Positions 17,088-25,652 of a stretch of DNA of 64,000 nucleotides are shown here, piece by piece. This DNA is from Bacteroidales bacterium. Lineage in GTDB: Bacteria; Bacteroidota; Bacteroidia; Bacteroidales; UBA7960. Location of the stretch: positions 594 through 64,593 of the forward strand of contig PWJC01000070.1 in the NCBI GenBank assembly GCA_003560165.1. The letters are read 5' to 3'. The first letter of the stretch is position 1; each line of letters opens with the position of its first letter. The position numbers and the translations under genes are program-made. The notes under the pieces were generated by a model that saw only the letters and a list, made by a program, of their open reading frames with translations, was not told the origin of the DNA and did no database searches.

Positions 17088-17809
17088 ACACCTACCAACC
17101 GGTTTTTGCCGACAAAGTCATTGCTTTCAACAAAACCCTGAGACTCGACATCTCCCTGCCACCGGGCATCAGGGCCATGAACCCATTCAGTGAGAACCCC
17201 GACGCACTCGCTATTTCATCGGTTTTCTACCGTAAATTCTATAACGACCACCGCAGGCGGCGGCTGATCCTGGGTATCAACCCCGGTCGCTTCGGGGCAG
17301 GTGTGACCGGCATCCCGTTTACCGACACCAAGCAGCTTACGTCAAAATGCGGTCTGCACATCCGGGGTGTATCTACCCACGAGCCCTCCTCCGTATTCGT
17401 CTATGAGGTGATCGATGCCTATGGGGGAGCGGAGGCTTTTTACAGGGATTTTTACATCAACTCGCCCAGCCCTCTGGGCTTTGTAAAAACCAATGAAAAA
17501 GGCAGGGAGCTGAACTTCAACTATTACGACAGCAAGGATCTTCAGGGAAGGCTCGAGGGTTTTATCGTCAGGTCGATCTATGCCCACATTGCCAATGGCA
17601 TCGACACCGCTGTGGGCTTTTGCCTGGGAACGGGGAAAAACTATCAATACCTGTCGCAGCTGAACCAGCGGCACGGTTTTTTCGACACGCTGCTGCCACT
17701 GGAACACCCCAGGTATGTGGTGCAATACAAGTCGGCAGAAAAAGACCACTACATCCGCAAATACCTTGGGGCCTTTCAGGATCTGCCCACCCTGCCTGCG
17801 AATGCCTGA
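17084..17809 (+). CDS. Uracil-DNA glycosylase superfamily protein (SMUG-like, SMUG2/DUF4918-type by recollection)
   Basis: Motif GINPGRFGAGVTGIPFTD resembles family-3 motif 1 (GMNPGPFG). Internal ATG at 17084 overlaps the DUF2892 stop (ATGA). The track ORF from 16748 is an out-of-context extension. Confidence 0.6.
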   Translation: MNTYQPVFADKVIAFNKTLRLDISLPPGIRAMNPFSENPDALAISSVFYRKFYNDHRRRRLILGINPGRFGAGVTGIPFTDTKQLTSKCGLHIRGVSTHEPSSVFVYEVIDAYGGAEAFYRDFYINSPSPLGFVKTNEKGRELNFNYYDSKDLQGRLEGFIVRSIYAHIANGIDTAVGFCLGTGKNYQYLSQLNQRHGFFDTLLPLEHPRYVVQYKSAEKDHYIRKYLGAFQDLPTLPANA

Positions 17810-17813
17810 GTCC

Positions 17814-18419
17814 CTATTGCACCAGCCTGGCAATCTGCTCCACTGGAATGGTATTGGCCATATCGAGCACGGCCTGCTGCTCGTCGATGCCTTCGAGGCT
17901 AAAAGTCAGCAGGGACGATCCGAAAGGCAGCTGCAGGGTCCATGAAGCCTCTCCGCCATTGCCCTGCTGCCGCTGAAGCAGGCCGCGGTACCCTCCAATG
18001 CGTACCCGCTGGTTGTCGGGATCCCGGCCAACAACCGGCAGGGCCAGTATGGCATTGATGCCGGCTAGCAGGGGCGAGCCGGCAACTACCTGCAAACTGG
18101 CCGATGCCGGTGACTCCCCCAGATAGCTTCGGTGGACATACACCCCGGCAAAGCCCATGGCGCCTGACCCCACCTCTTCTTTTTCGGGCACAAAAGGCAT
18201 GGTGGCCATTGTTTCGGGCAGCAGCTTCAACACCTTCCGGGCTGTGGCCAGGTCAACCTCCCTGATGGCCTGCTGCAGGGCAAAGCGGGCCGCCTCCAGG
18301 TCGCCCGAGCGGTAGGCGGTCCGGGCTTCGTCCAGGTTTTTTACCGGATCCTGCGCAAACAGGGGAGCTCCCTGAGCCAGGAAAATGGCAAAAGCCATCG
18401 CAATCAACGTCCTGTTCAT
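17814..18419 (-). CDS. Hypothetical secreted protein, paralog of the upstream gene
   Basis: Signal peptide MNRTLIAMAFAIFLAQGAPLFAQ. Helical N-terminal segment then a beta-rich C-terminus. Same layout as 18416-19189. Confidence 0.5.
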   Translation of the reverse strand: MNRTLIAMAFAIFLAQGAPLFAQDPVKNLDEARTAYRSGDLEAARFALQQAIREVDLATARKVLKLLPETMATMPFVPEKEEVGSGAMGFAGVYVHRSYLGESPASASLQVVAGSPLLAGINAILALPVVGRDPDNQRVRIGGYRGLLQRQQGNGGEASWTLQLPFGSSLLTFSLEGIDEQQAVLDMANTIPVEQIARLVQ

Positions 18420-19189
18420 TGTATTCCAAGTTTTTGTTTGATACGATGTAAATCTATCTGCCCGGCCGAAGCCATGAAATCCTCTTCGGAGGAATAGTTC
18501 AGCCCCCTGATCACCAGGATGGAGGATTGTCCGAATGGGGTGGTGAGGGCATAGCCCTCGTAGTCGTCGTATTCGATATAAGCCCGGTGGTCCTGAAAGC
18601 GGATCTGTTTGAAATGCTCCTGCCCGGCACTTTCCCGGTACATTTCGGCGGCCAGGATCATCCCGGCCACGCCCAGCAGTCCGGCATCATTGCCCACCGA
18701 CACCACCAGCTCCATGTCCTCACCACCTGCATAGACCCGTTCGATCAGCATACCGGAAAAGCCCATGCCGCTGCTGCTCACCCTGTCGTGGTCGGTAAGG
18801 GCCTCAACCCCGCCGACGGTCAGGGGCAGGGATTCCAGCACCTGATGCCCCATTTGCAATTCAATGCCCCAGACCGCTCTGCGAAGAGCTGCCCTGGAAC
18901 CGCCAAAATCATTGCTTCCCAGGCTGGTTTCGGCATCCGAAATGGCCTGCTCCACATCGGGCACCTCCTGCGACAGCCCCCCACCCATGCGATGGCGGCC
19001 AGGCCGGTAAGCCTCTGCCGGAGCTGCCTCTCCGGCTTCCTCCTTCCCTTTCTCAAAGATCTCTTCAATGGCTTTGCGTTCGACTTCCTGTTGCAACCTC
19101 CGGATAAAACGCCCCTGGGCATGCAGGGGGTTCAGATCGGATGCAAGGAACAACAACGTCAGAACGACGGAATAAACGATTCTGCTCAT
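18416..19189 (-). CDS. Hypothetical secreted protein, paralog of the downstream gene
   Basis: Signal peptide MSRIVYSVVLTLLFLASDLNPLHAQ. Its stop overlaps the next start by 4 nt. Shared segments such as MGFSGM / MGFAGV. Confidence 0.5.
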   Translation of the reverse strand: MSRIVYSVVLTLLFLASDLNPLHAQGRFIRRLQQEVERKAIEEIFEKGKEEAGEAAPAEAYRPGRHRMGGGLSQEVPDVEQAISDAETSLGSNDFGGSRAALRRAVWGIELQMGHQVLESLPLTVGGVEALTDHDRVSSSGMGFSGMLIERVYAGGEDMELVVSVGNDAGLLGVAGMILAAEMYRESAGQEHFKQIRFQDHRAYIEYDDYEGYALTTPFGQSSILVIRGLNYSSEEDFMASAGQIDLHRIKQKLGIQ

Positions 19190-19214
19190 GACACCTCTTT
19201 TTGTTTGGTTTAAT

Positions 19215-19222
19215 CAAAAATA
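19215..19222 (-). promoter_or_regulatory. Candidate Bacteroidota -7 promoter box (TAnnTTTG)
   Basis: Minus-strand TATTTTTG, 26 nt upstream of ATG 19189. Confidence 0.35.
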
Positions 19223-19298
19223 CGCTATTTTTTTAAACAAGTGTGCAGTTTTTTTTTAATTGCGGGGGAGTGAATTTTCAATTGAAAAAAAAATCCTG

Positions 19299-19306
19299 TA
19301 CATTTG
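19299..19306 (+). promoter_or_regulatory. Candidate Bacteroidota -7 promoter box (TAnnTTTG)
   Basis: TACATTTG, 42 nt upstream of ATG 19348. Confidence 0.35.
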
Positions 19307-19347
19307 GTAAGTATCCCTGTATTTTATCCACAAAACACATCCCCGAA

Positions 19348-20064
19348 ATGGAAGAGAACACCAAGGAAACCCAAAACGTACAGGCACCTAAAACCACAGC
19401 CGGGCAAGGCTTTGGCATTGCGGGCCTGGTCATCGGCATCCTGGCCCTGGTACTGGCCTTTATTCCCTGCATCGGCGTTTTTGCGCTGGCCCCGGGTGCC
19501 ATAGCCATTGCGCTCAGCATCATCGGCCTGATCCAGGCAAACCAGGGCAATGGGGCCAAAGGCCTGATCATTGCCGCGTTGGTCATTTCCATACTGGCTA
19601 CCAGCATTGCGGCCATATGGGGCTTGTTCCTGGGGGGGGTCGCCCGCGATGGCCACAAATGGAAGGACAGGGTGGAACACTATATGGAAACAGCCGACAG
19701 GGAAAGTTTCAGGGAGCTGGAGAAATCTTTGAGAGAACTGGGCACAGAACTGGAGAAGACCTTCGGTCACCTGGAAGAATTCGATCCGGAAGTATACGAG
19801 TTTGATGAAGAGATCACCGATGCAGAGTTCAACAGGGTGTTGCGCGAATACGAAGAGGTGGTGGAGGCCTTTGTGGGGCTGACCAGGGAAAGACGGGAAG
19901 GTGATTTGCCAGACCTGGTCAAGTATTCATCCGCATCCCTCAAGGCAGCGTCGCTGGCAGCGACGCTCATCCGGGTGGGGCCCAGGCTCACAGATGAACA
20001 AAGGGAGCGTTTTGAGGCGGTCCACAAAAAATACGAAGAGGCCCTGGATGAAATTCAGGAATGA
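19348..20064 (+). CDS. Membrane protein with DUF4190-like two-TM N-terminus and acidic helical C-terminal domain
   Basis: GFGIAGLVIGILALVLAFIPCIGVFALAPGAIAIALSIIGLIQ pattern. The internal ATG at 19348 sits 42 nt after a TACATTTG box. Confidence 0.55.
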   Translation: MEENTKETQNVQAPKTTAGQGFGIAGLVIGILALVLAFIPCIGVFALAPGAIAIALSIIGLIQANQGNGAKGLIIAALVISILATSIAAIWGLFLGGVARDGHKWKDRVEHYMETADRESFRELEKSLRELGTELEKTFGHLEEFDPEVYEFDEEITDAEFNRVLREYEEVVEAFVGLTRERREGDLPDLVKYSSASLKAASLAATLIRVGPRLTDEQRERFEAVHKKYEEALDEIQE

Positions 20065-20452
20065 GCCCCTGGGCAGACACCCCTATCTGATCGTCTGCAT
20101 GGCTTTTGCCTTGCTGCTGCCCGGGGTATTCATATACGCAGCTCTCGTTCCCCCTGTCGGGGGAAAACACCCGCTTCCATGCAGCCACGTCCTGCTTGTG
20201 GGTGAAAGCTGTGCCTCCTGCGGGTTGTCGGGGAGTTTTTCCTTCCTGATGCGGGGGCAGGTGAAGGCTGCCCTCAGGGTGTATCCTCCCGGCCTGGCAG
20301 TTTTCCTGTTTTTCGGCATCCAGTTCTTTATGAGGCTTGCTGCAGGCCTGGCTTACATAAAGCAATGGCTGCCCCCGGCTGTCCTGCTGTGGTCAGACGT
20401 TGGGATCAGCCTCTGTTTGTTTCTGTGGGCATTTGTCCCCCTGCTTTTGTGA
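20048..20452 (+). CDS. DUF2752 family membrane protein
   Basis: Cys motif SCASCGLSGSF resembles the DUF2752 CPxCGxTR motif, followed by 3 TM segments. Start is uncertain (ATG 20048 overlapping the upstream gene, or ATG 20099). Confidence 0.5.
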   Translation: MKFRNEPLGRHPYLIVCMAFALLLPGVFIYAALVPPVGGKHPLPCSHVLLVGESCASCGLSGSFSFLMRGQVKAALRVYPPGLAVFLFFGIQFFMRLAAGLAYIKQWLPPAVLLWSDVGISLCLFLWAFVPLLL

Positions 20453-20541
20453 TGCAGCTTCGGCACAGGTAAAAAAGCCGGGAGGTCCGCCCAATAAGTG
20501 GCGCTCCCTGACGGTATAAGGTCTTATAAATCCGATTTGCC

Positions 20542-21249
20542 ATGGAACAATTACTGCAATCCATCTTACCCGGCAATGGGCTGCTGCTGCTGGCACAGCT
20601 GCTGCTCGCCACTGTCCTTGGCGGCCTTGTCGGTATCGAAAGGGAAATCCACGGCCGACCTGCCGGGCTGAGGACCCACATCCTTGTCTGCCTCGGATCG
20701 GCCCTGATCATCGTTGCCTTTGAACAATTGAAGGCCGGTCTGGTTTTGGAAGGCTGGGACATCATACAAATGGACCCGGCCAGGGTGGCCGCGGGCATCA
20801 TTACCGGCATCGGCTTTCTGGGGGCCGGCACCATACTCAAAGGCAAGGACCATGTGATGGGACTGACCACCGCGGCCTCCATCTGGGTTGTTGCGGCCAT
20901 CGGCATCACCACCGGGCTGGGGCAGTTTTTTCTGGCCATCACCGCCACCATCCTGGTACTTTTTGTTTTGCTGATCCTGCAGCGGCTTGATGTCAGGACG
21001 GAGCATTACGGGGAGATCAGCCTGACGGGATACGGCGGGGAGGACTTTTTCAACAACTCGTACACCGGTCTTACCGGCATGGGATTCAGGATCAGAGGAT
21101 ACCGCATCGAATCGGCAGGGTCAGATAAAGACATCAAGGTGAGATTCCAGGTCAGGTACACAAGGGCAGCCTCCGGAGCCGACCTAATCGGAAAGCTCAT
21201 GCGAATGGACGGAGTCCGGAGCGTTTCCTGGGACAACACCCCCCCATAG
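20542..21249 (+). CDS. MgtC/SapB family protein
   Basis: LGGLVGIEREIHGRPAGLRTHILVCLGSAL and AAGIITGIGFLGAGTI are MgtC hallmarks. C-terminal ACT-like soluble domain. Confidence 0.8.
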   Translation: MEQLLQSILPGNGLLLLAQLLLATVLGGLVGIEREIHGRPAGLRTHILVCLGSALIIVAFEQLKAGLVLEGWDIIQMDPARVAAGIITGIGFLGAGTILKGKDHVMGLTTAASIWVVAAIGITTGLGQFFLAITATILVLFVLLILQRLDVRTEHYGEISLTGYGGEDFFNNSYTGLTGMGFRIRGYRIESAGSDKDIKVRFQVRYTRAASGADLIGKLMRMDGVRSVSWDNTPP

Positions 21250-21263
21250 GGATGGGTTAGCCG

Positions 21264-21381
21264 GAGTGATGAGTGATGAGTTAAACAGTTTAAAAGTTTA
21301 AACCCTTAAACTTTTAAACCCTTTCGACATTTCGACATTTCAGATTTTCCAGACTTTTCGATTTCTCGACTTTTCAGACTG
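21264..21381. repeat. Composite tandem-repeat mosaic (GAGTGAT x2, GTTTAAAA-type units, about 7 TTTCGACA-type octamers)
   Basis: GAGTGATGAGTGATGAGTTAA, AGTTTAAAAGTTTAAACCCTTAAACTTTTAAACCC, then TTTCGACA TTTCGACA TTTCAGAT TTTCCAGAC TTTTCGAT TTCTCGAC TTTTCAGAC. Starts 15 nt after the MgtC-family stop. Confidence 0.9.
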
Positions 21382-21634
21382 ATTTTCACCGATTGCCCTG
21401 CAGCGCAGGACAAGAATCCGCATCCGTGGGAACGGCGTGAAAATCAAGGCCAGTTGATTTTTTTAATCAACAAAATCAGGGCCTTTATAAACCCACTCTG
21501 GTTTTTCGTGGGGAAAACATCACCAAACCCGGCTCCGTCATCCAGCCTGACAGAACGGCACCCCGCCCGGTAAAGGACAAAACTTGTATCTTTACGCATT
21601 TTGCGAATTATTTAAAAAATAAACAGCTACCGCA

Positions 21635-22867
21635 ATGAGGGCATTTTCTTCATCAACCTTGATCACTGCATTTATTGGTTTTCTCTTTCCTTTCTCCTGT
21701 GCCACACCCGATGAGCGGCTGCAACAGAAAGCCGCGGCCATCCACGCCGAAATACTCACCCTCGACAGCCATGTGGATACACCCCTGATGCTCACCCGGG
21801 AGGATTTCGATATCGGACAGCGCAACGATCCCAACGAGGGAGGGGGCAAGCTCGACTTTCCGAGAATGGAAGAAGGGGGGCTTGATGCTGCCTTTTTCGC
21901 CGTTTACCTGGCACAGGGACCCTTGACCACAGAAGCATACCAGCAGGCACACGAGAGGGCCCTTGACATATTCGGGCTCATCCGCCAGGCAGTGGATGCC
22001 TACCCCGACATGGCCGGACTGGCGCTGACATCCGAAGACGCATATCGCCTGCGCGAAGAGGGTCGCCGCGCCATTTACATCGGCAATGAGAACGGCCACC
22101 CCATCGGCAAAGACCTGGGCAGGTTGCAAACCTATTATGACCTGGGCAGCAGGTACATGGGCCTGTCGCATTCACGAAACAATCAGCTGTGCGATGCCTC
22201 CACCGATGCGTCCGGCCCCCTTCACCACGGATTGTCAGATTTTGGGGTTGAGGTGGTCAGGGAACTGAACCGTTTGGGCATGATGGTCGATGTGAACCAT
22301 ATTTCCGATGAGGCCTTCTATGATGTGCTTGAGGTGACCAGGGCACCCGTCATTGCCTCCCACTCGAATGTCAGGGCCATCTGCGACCACCCCCGCAACC
22401 TGAGCGACGAAATGATCCTTGCCCTTGCAGAAAATGGCGGAGTGCTTCAGCTTTGCGTACTGAGCGCCTACGTCAGGGAAATGGAGCCGGATCCCGAAAG
22501 AGAGGCCGCCTTTGACGCCCTCAGGGAAAAATGGGACCATTTTCAGAATCTGACCGACGAGGAAATGGCGCAGGTCAGGAGAGAATGGGATGCACTGAGC
22601 CGAAAATACCCCCGCCCCCTGGCTACGGTGGCCGAACTGGTAGATCACATAGACCACATAGTGGAGCTGGCAGGAATTGACTACGTAGGCATCGGCACCG
22701 ATTTCGACGGCGGGGGCGCCCTGAAAGACTGCTACGATGTTTCCGAATTGGGCAACATCACCCTTGAGCTGATCAGACGTGGATACACGAAGGAAGAGAT
22801 CGAAAAGATCTGGTCCGGGAATTTCATGAGGGTGTTCAGGGAAGTGGAAAGGAAGAAAGAAAACTAA
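21635..22867 (+). CDS. Membrane dipeptidase (peptidase family M19)
   Basis: Lipoprotein-like signal ending in FSC, DSHVDTP, DVNHISDEAFYDV, ASHSNVRAICDHPRNLSDE, GIGTDFDG. Confidence 0.85.
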   Translation: MRAFSSSTLITAFIGFLFPFSCATPDERLQQKAAAIHAEILTLDSHVDTPLMLTREDFDIGQRNDPNEGGGKLDFPRMEEGGLDAAFFAVYLAQGPLTTEAYQQAHERALDIFGLIRQAVDAYPDMAGLALTSEDAYRLREEGRRAIYIGNENGHPIGKDLGRLQTYYDLGSRYMGLSHSRNNQLCDASTDASGPLHHGLSDFGVEVVRELNRLGMMVDVNHISDEAFYDVLEVTRAPVIASHSNVRAICDHPRNLSDEMILALAENGGVLQLCVLSAYVREMEPDPEREAAFDALREKWDHFQNLTDEEMAQVRREWDALSRKYPRPLATVAELVDHIDHIVELAGIDYVGIGTDFDGGGALKDCYDVSELGNITLELIRRGYTKEEIEKIWSGNFMRVFREVERKKEN

Positions 22868-22872
22868 GCCGC

Positions 22873-23754
22873 TTACTTTTCGATGCGGAGGAAGAGATTG
22901 ACCCCCAGGGGCTCGCTGATCACATCACTGAAGCTTTCAGGAATGCCTGCTTGCCGGGCAAAAGCCAGCAACTCTTCGGCCGATCGGTGGTAAAGGAACC
23001 AGTCGGCCAGTACTTCCATGATCTTGCGCGAGGGGCTGTTGTTGCTGAAATTGCCGATGACCATTTGCCCCCCACCGGCCAGGAAGGCATAATAATGCTT
23101 GAGCAGGTACACAAAGTGCTTGTCTTTGAAATAGTCGAACAGGCCTGCGCTCCAGATCAGGTCGTATTGCTTGTCGGGAACATAGCGGATCACATTCCTG
23201 TTGTGGAAGCTCAGGTACTCCAGGAAGTCCCTGTTTTTGTCAGTGGCATAGGCAATGGCGCGGCTGTCCATATCGATCAGGTCGAAATACAGCCGGTTTT
23301 CGCTCGTGGAGCAAAGGTACTCATAAACCTCCGTAACGGGTCCGCTGCCCAGTATCAGCACATTCCTGGCCTGCCCGCCGGCATTTTCATTCAGGCAGTG
23401 CAACAATTCAACGGCAATCTTCTTGCGGTTCACCACGGCGATGGTGGCAGGCAAACGATGGAAAAACAAATCCCATTTCTTCCATTTCGGATCGGGGCTC
23501 ACGTAGTTCTGGTACATTTTTTCAATAATGAAAAAATCACCGCTGTAACCAAAGGGTTTGTTAAAGGCAAATCCGATGTTGGTGGCCGGGTGGAGCATCG
23601 GTTTCATCGCCTCACGGTAATCATCGATCTGTTCGGGTTTGATCTGATCAACCATCTGGTGCATGAGCTCAAAATCCTCCGGGTCGGGGCCGTTTTTATC
23701 AAACAGCATTTGTGCAAACGCCTTGAGTGATGTTTCTTCTGCCAGTGTTTTCAT
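22873..23754 (-). CDS. Class I SAM-dependent methyltransferase with N-terminal extension (possible PhcB-like signal synthase)
   Basis: SAM motif I VLILGSGPVTEVYE, acidic post-I DLIDMD, motif region DLIWSAGLFDY. About 130-aa N-terminal extension containing KPFGYSGDFFIIEKMY. Last gene of the two-component operon. Confidence 0.7.
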   Translation of the reverse strand: MKTLAEETSLKAFAQMLFDKNGPDPEDFELMHQMVDQIKPEQIDDYREAMKPMLHPATNIGFAFNKPFGYSGDFFIIEKMYQNYVSPDPKWKKWDLFFHRLPATIAVVNRKKIAVELLHCLNENAGGQARNVLILGSGPVTEVYEYLCSTSENRLYFDLIDMDSRAIAYATDKNRDFLEYLSFHNRNVIRYVPDKQYDLIWSAGLFDYFKDKHFVYLLKHYYAFLAGGGQMVIGNFSNNSPSRKIMEVLADWFLYHRSAEELLAFARQAGIPESFSDVISEPLGVNLFLRIEK

Positions 23755-23787
23755 GTTATCAAATGGGGTAACGCATGTTGACCAAAG

Positions 23788-24540
23788 CTATTTATTCAGC
23801 ATCGCTTCGAGCAGATCACGATATTCCTCATCTACGGTGATGACCGTCATCTTATCGGCCATGATCAGTTCGGGGTATTTGGCAATAAACACCTTATCGA
23901 GATTGATGATATACTGGCTGCTCACCTGCACAAAGGTATCTTCGGGAAGTTTCTTTTCCACTTCGTCGAGGTTGCCCTGCACCAGCAGGCTGTCTTCGCG
24001 AAGATGTATCCTGCAGTGGTTGTCGCCTTGCTCCACATAATAGACATTGGGAAGGTTGATACGCTCCAGCCCTTTCTCCCCTTCGAGGAATACCTGGTTT
24101 TTGGCCGGGGCGCTCGGCTTGAAAAAGGTATTGTACTGGTCGCTCTCCATCCGGGTCTGGATGTCGTTCTCGAATTTGTACCTGGCAATCTCGATATTGG
24201 TTTGCAGGTCCTTTTCGGAGAACGGCTTGATAATATACCCATAGGGAAGAGATATTTTAGCCTTTTCGATGGTGGCCACATCGGCGTTTGCCGTGAGGAA
24301 GATAACGGGCACATCATGTTGTTTCCCGATGATGGTTGCTGCATCGATGCCTGTCATGTCGCCTTTCAGGATGATGTCCATCAGTATCAGGTCGGGAAGT
24401 TTCCTTTCCACCTCATCAATGGCGTCCTGGCCCGAAGCCACTGTCTTTTGCACATCATAACCCAGGCTCATCAGGCTTTCCTCGATATCGGCAGCCACCA
24501 GGAATTCGTCCTCTACAACCAGAATGCTCAGCTTGTCCAT
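23788..24540 (-). CDS. LytR/AlgR-family response regulator (REC + LytTR DNA-binding domain)
   Basis: REC: ILVVEDE...LILMDIIL...TANAD. LytTR: NHCRIHLREDSLLVQGNLDEVEKKLPEDTFVQVSSQYIINLDKV. Confidence 0.85.
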   Translation of the reverse strand: MDKLSILVVEDEFLVAADIEESLMSLGYDVQKTVASGQDAIDEVERKLPDLILMDIILKGDMTGIDAATIIGKQHDVPVIFLTANADVATIEKAKISLPYGYIIKPFSEKDLQTNIEIARYKFENDIQTRMESDQYNTFFKPSAPAKNQVFLEGEKGLERINLPNVYYVEQGDNHCRIHLREDSLLVQGNLDEVEKKLPEDTFVQVSSQYIINLDKVFIAKYPELIMADKMTVITVDEEYRDLLEAMLNK

Positions 24541-24551
24541 GTTTTTGAAAG

Positions 24552-25610
24552 TTAAATTTTAAAATAGATGTCGTACTTGGTACCCTCTGAAAAATCGTAT
24601 TCGAGTTTGCCGTCGATCTGCTGCACCAGCTTGTGCACGATGCGCATGCCCAACGACCTGGAATCTTCCACATTGAATGAATTGTCCATGCCCACCCCGT
24701 TGTCAGACACCCTCAGGGTAAACTCCTTTTTCCCGTGCCGGATCAGGCTGATTTTTATAAGGCCTCCGTTGGCATGAGAAAATGCATGCTTAAACGAATT
24801 GGATATGAGCTCGTTAATAATCAGTCCACAAGGGATGCCCGTATCCAGGGGGAGGAAGACATCCTCCACATCGTATTCAAAACGCACATTGCGCTGCTGG
24901 TCATGATAGGTGCGGGCCAGGTTTCCGGCCAGGCTTTTTACGTAATTGGAAAACTGTATATTGGCCAGGTTCTCATTCTGGTAAAGATTCTCATGGATCA
25001 ATGCCATGGAGCGGATGCGGTTCCGGCTTTCGGCAAGCACGGTGCGCAGTTTCTGATCGTCCACAAGGCGTTCCTGCATGGTGAGGATGCTGGAGATGAT
25101 CTGCATATTGTTCTTCACCCGGTGGTGCACTTCCTTGAGCAGCACCTCCTTTTCGTCCAGCGACCTTTTCAGGTTTTTTTCGGCCACCCGCCTTCTGATC
25201 TCTTTTTCGGCCAATGCCTTTTTCAGCAAAATATTCCCGGCCAGCTCATCGATCAGGGCATAGAGCTTGATCGGGTCGACCGGCTTGATCAAGTATCCGT
25301 TCACCCCCAGGTTGATGGCCTCCAGAAAGTATTCCTTGATGCTGTAGGCCGACATGACGATCACCTGCACATCGGCAGTTAGTTGCTTGATCTGCCTGAT
25401 CATTTCCAGGCCGTTCATGATGGGCATGCTGATGTCTGTGATGATCAGGTCGGGGGTGTGTTTTTGATAGATGTCGAGCCCTTCCTGACCGTTCTCTGCG
25501 ATGAAAAAAGTGGAGGTACGCCTCCTGAGCCTTTTCTCATACAAGCCACGGATGGTCTCGTTATCTTCGACGAACATCATGGAGATCTGGTGGGGAAGCT
25601 GGGTTTCCAT
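24552..25610 (-). CDS. Receiver-histidine kinase fusion (REC + HisKA_2 + HATPase_c)
   Basis: REC: MMFVEDN...LIITDISMP. HisKA_2 H-box KEVHHRVKNNMQIISSIL. N-box LIINELISNSFKHAF. G-box VSDNGVGM. Confidence 0.8.
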   Translation of the reverse strand: METQLPHQISMMFVEDNETIRGLYEKRLRRRTSTFFIAENGQEGLDIYQKHTPDLIITDISMPIMNGLEMIRQIKQLTADVQVIVMSAYSIKEYFLEAINLGVNGYLIKPVDPIKLYALIDELAGNILLKKALAEKEIRRRVAEKNLKRSLDEKEVLLKEVHHRVKNNMQIISSILTMQERLVDDQKLRTVLAESRNRIRSMALIHENLYQNENLANIQFSNYVKSLAGNLARTYHDQQRNVRFEYDVEDVFLPLDTGIPCGLIINELISNSFKHAFSHANGGLIKISLIRHGKKEFTLRVSDNGVGMDNSFNVEDSRSLGMRIVHKLVQQIDGKLEYDFSEGTKYDIYFKI

Positions 25611-25652
25611 AATCCTGGGTTTTATTCCGGCAGTGTCGGCTTACAATATACG

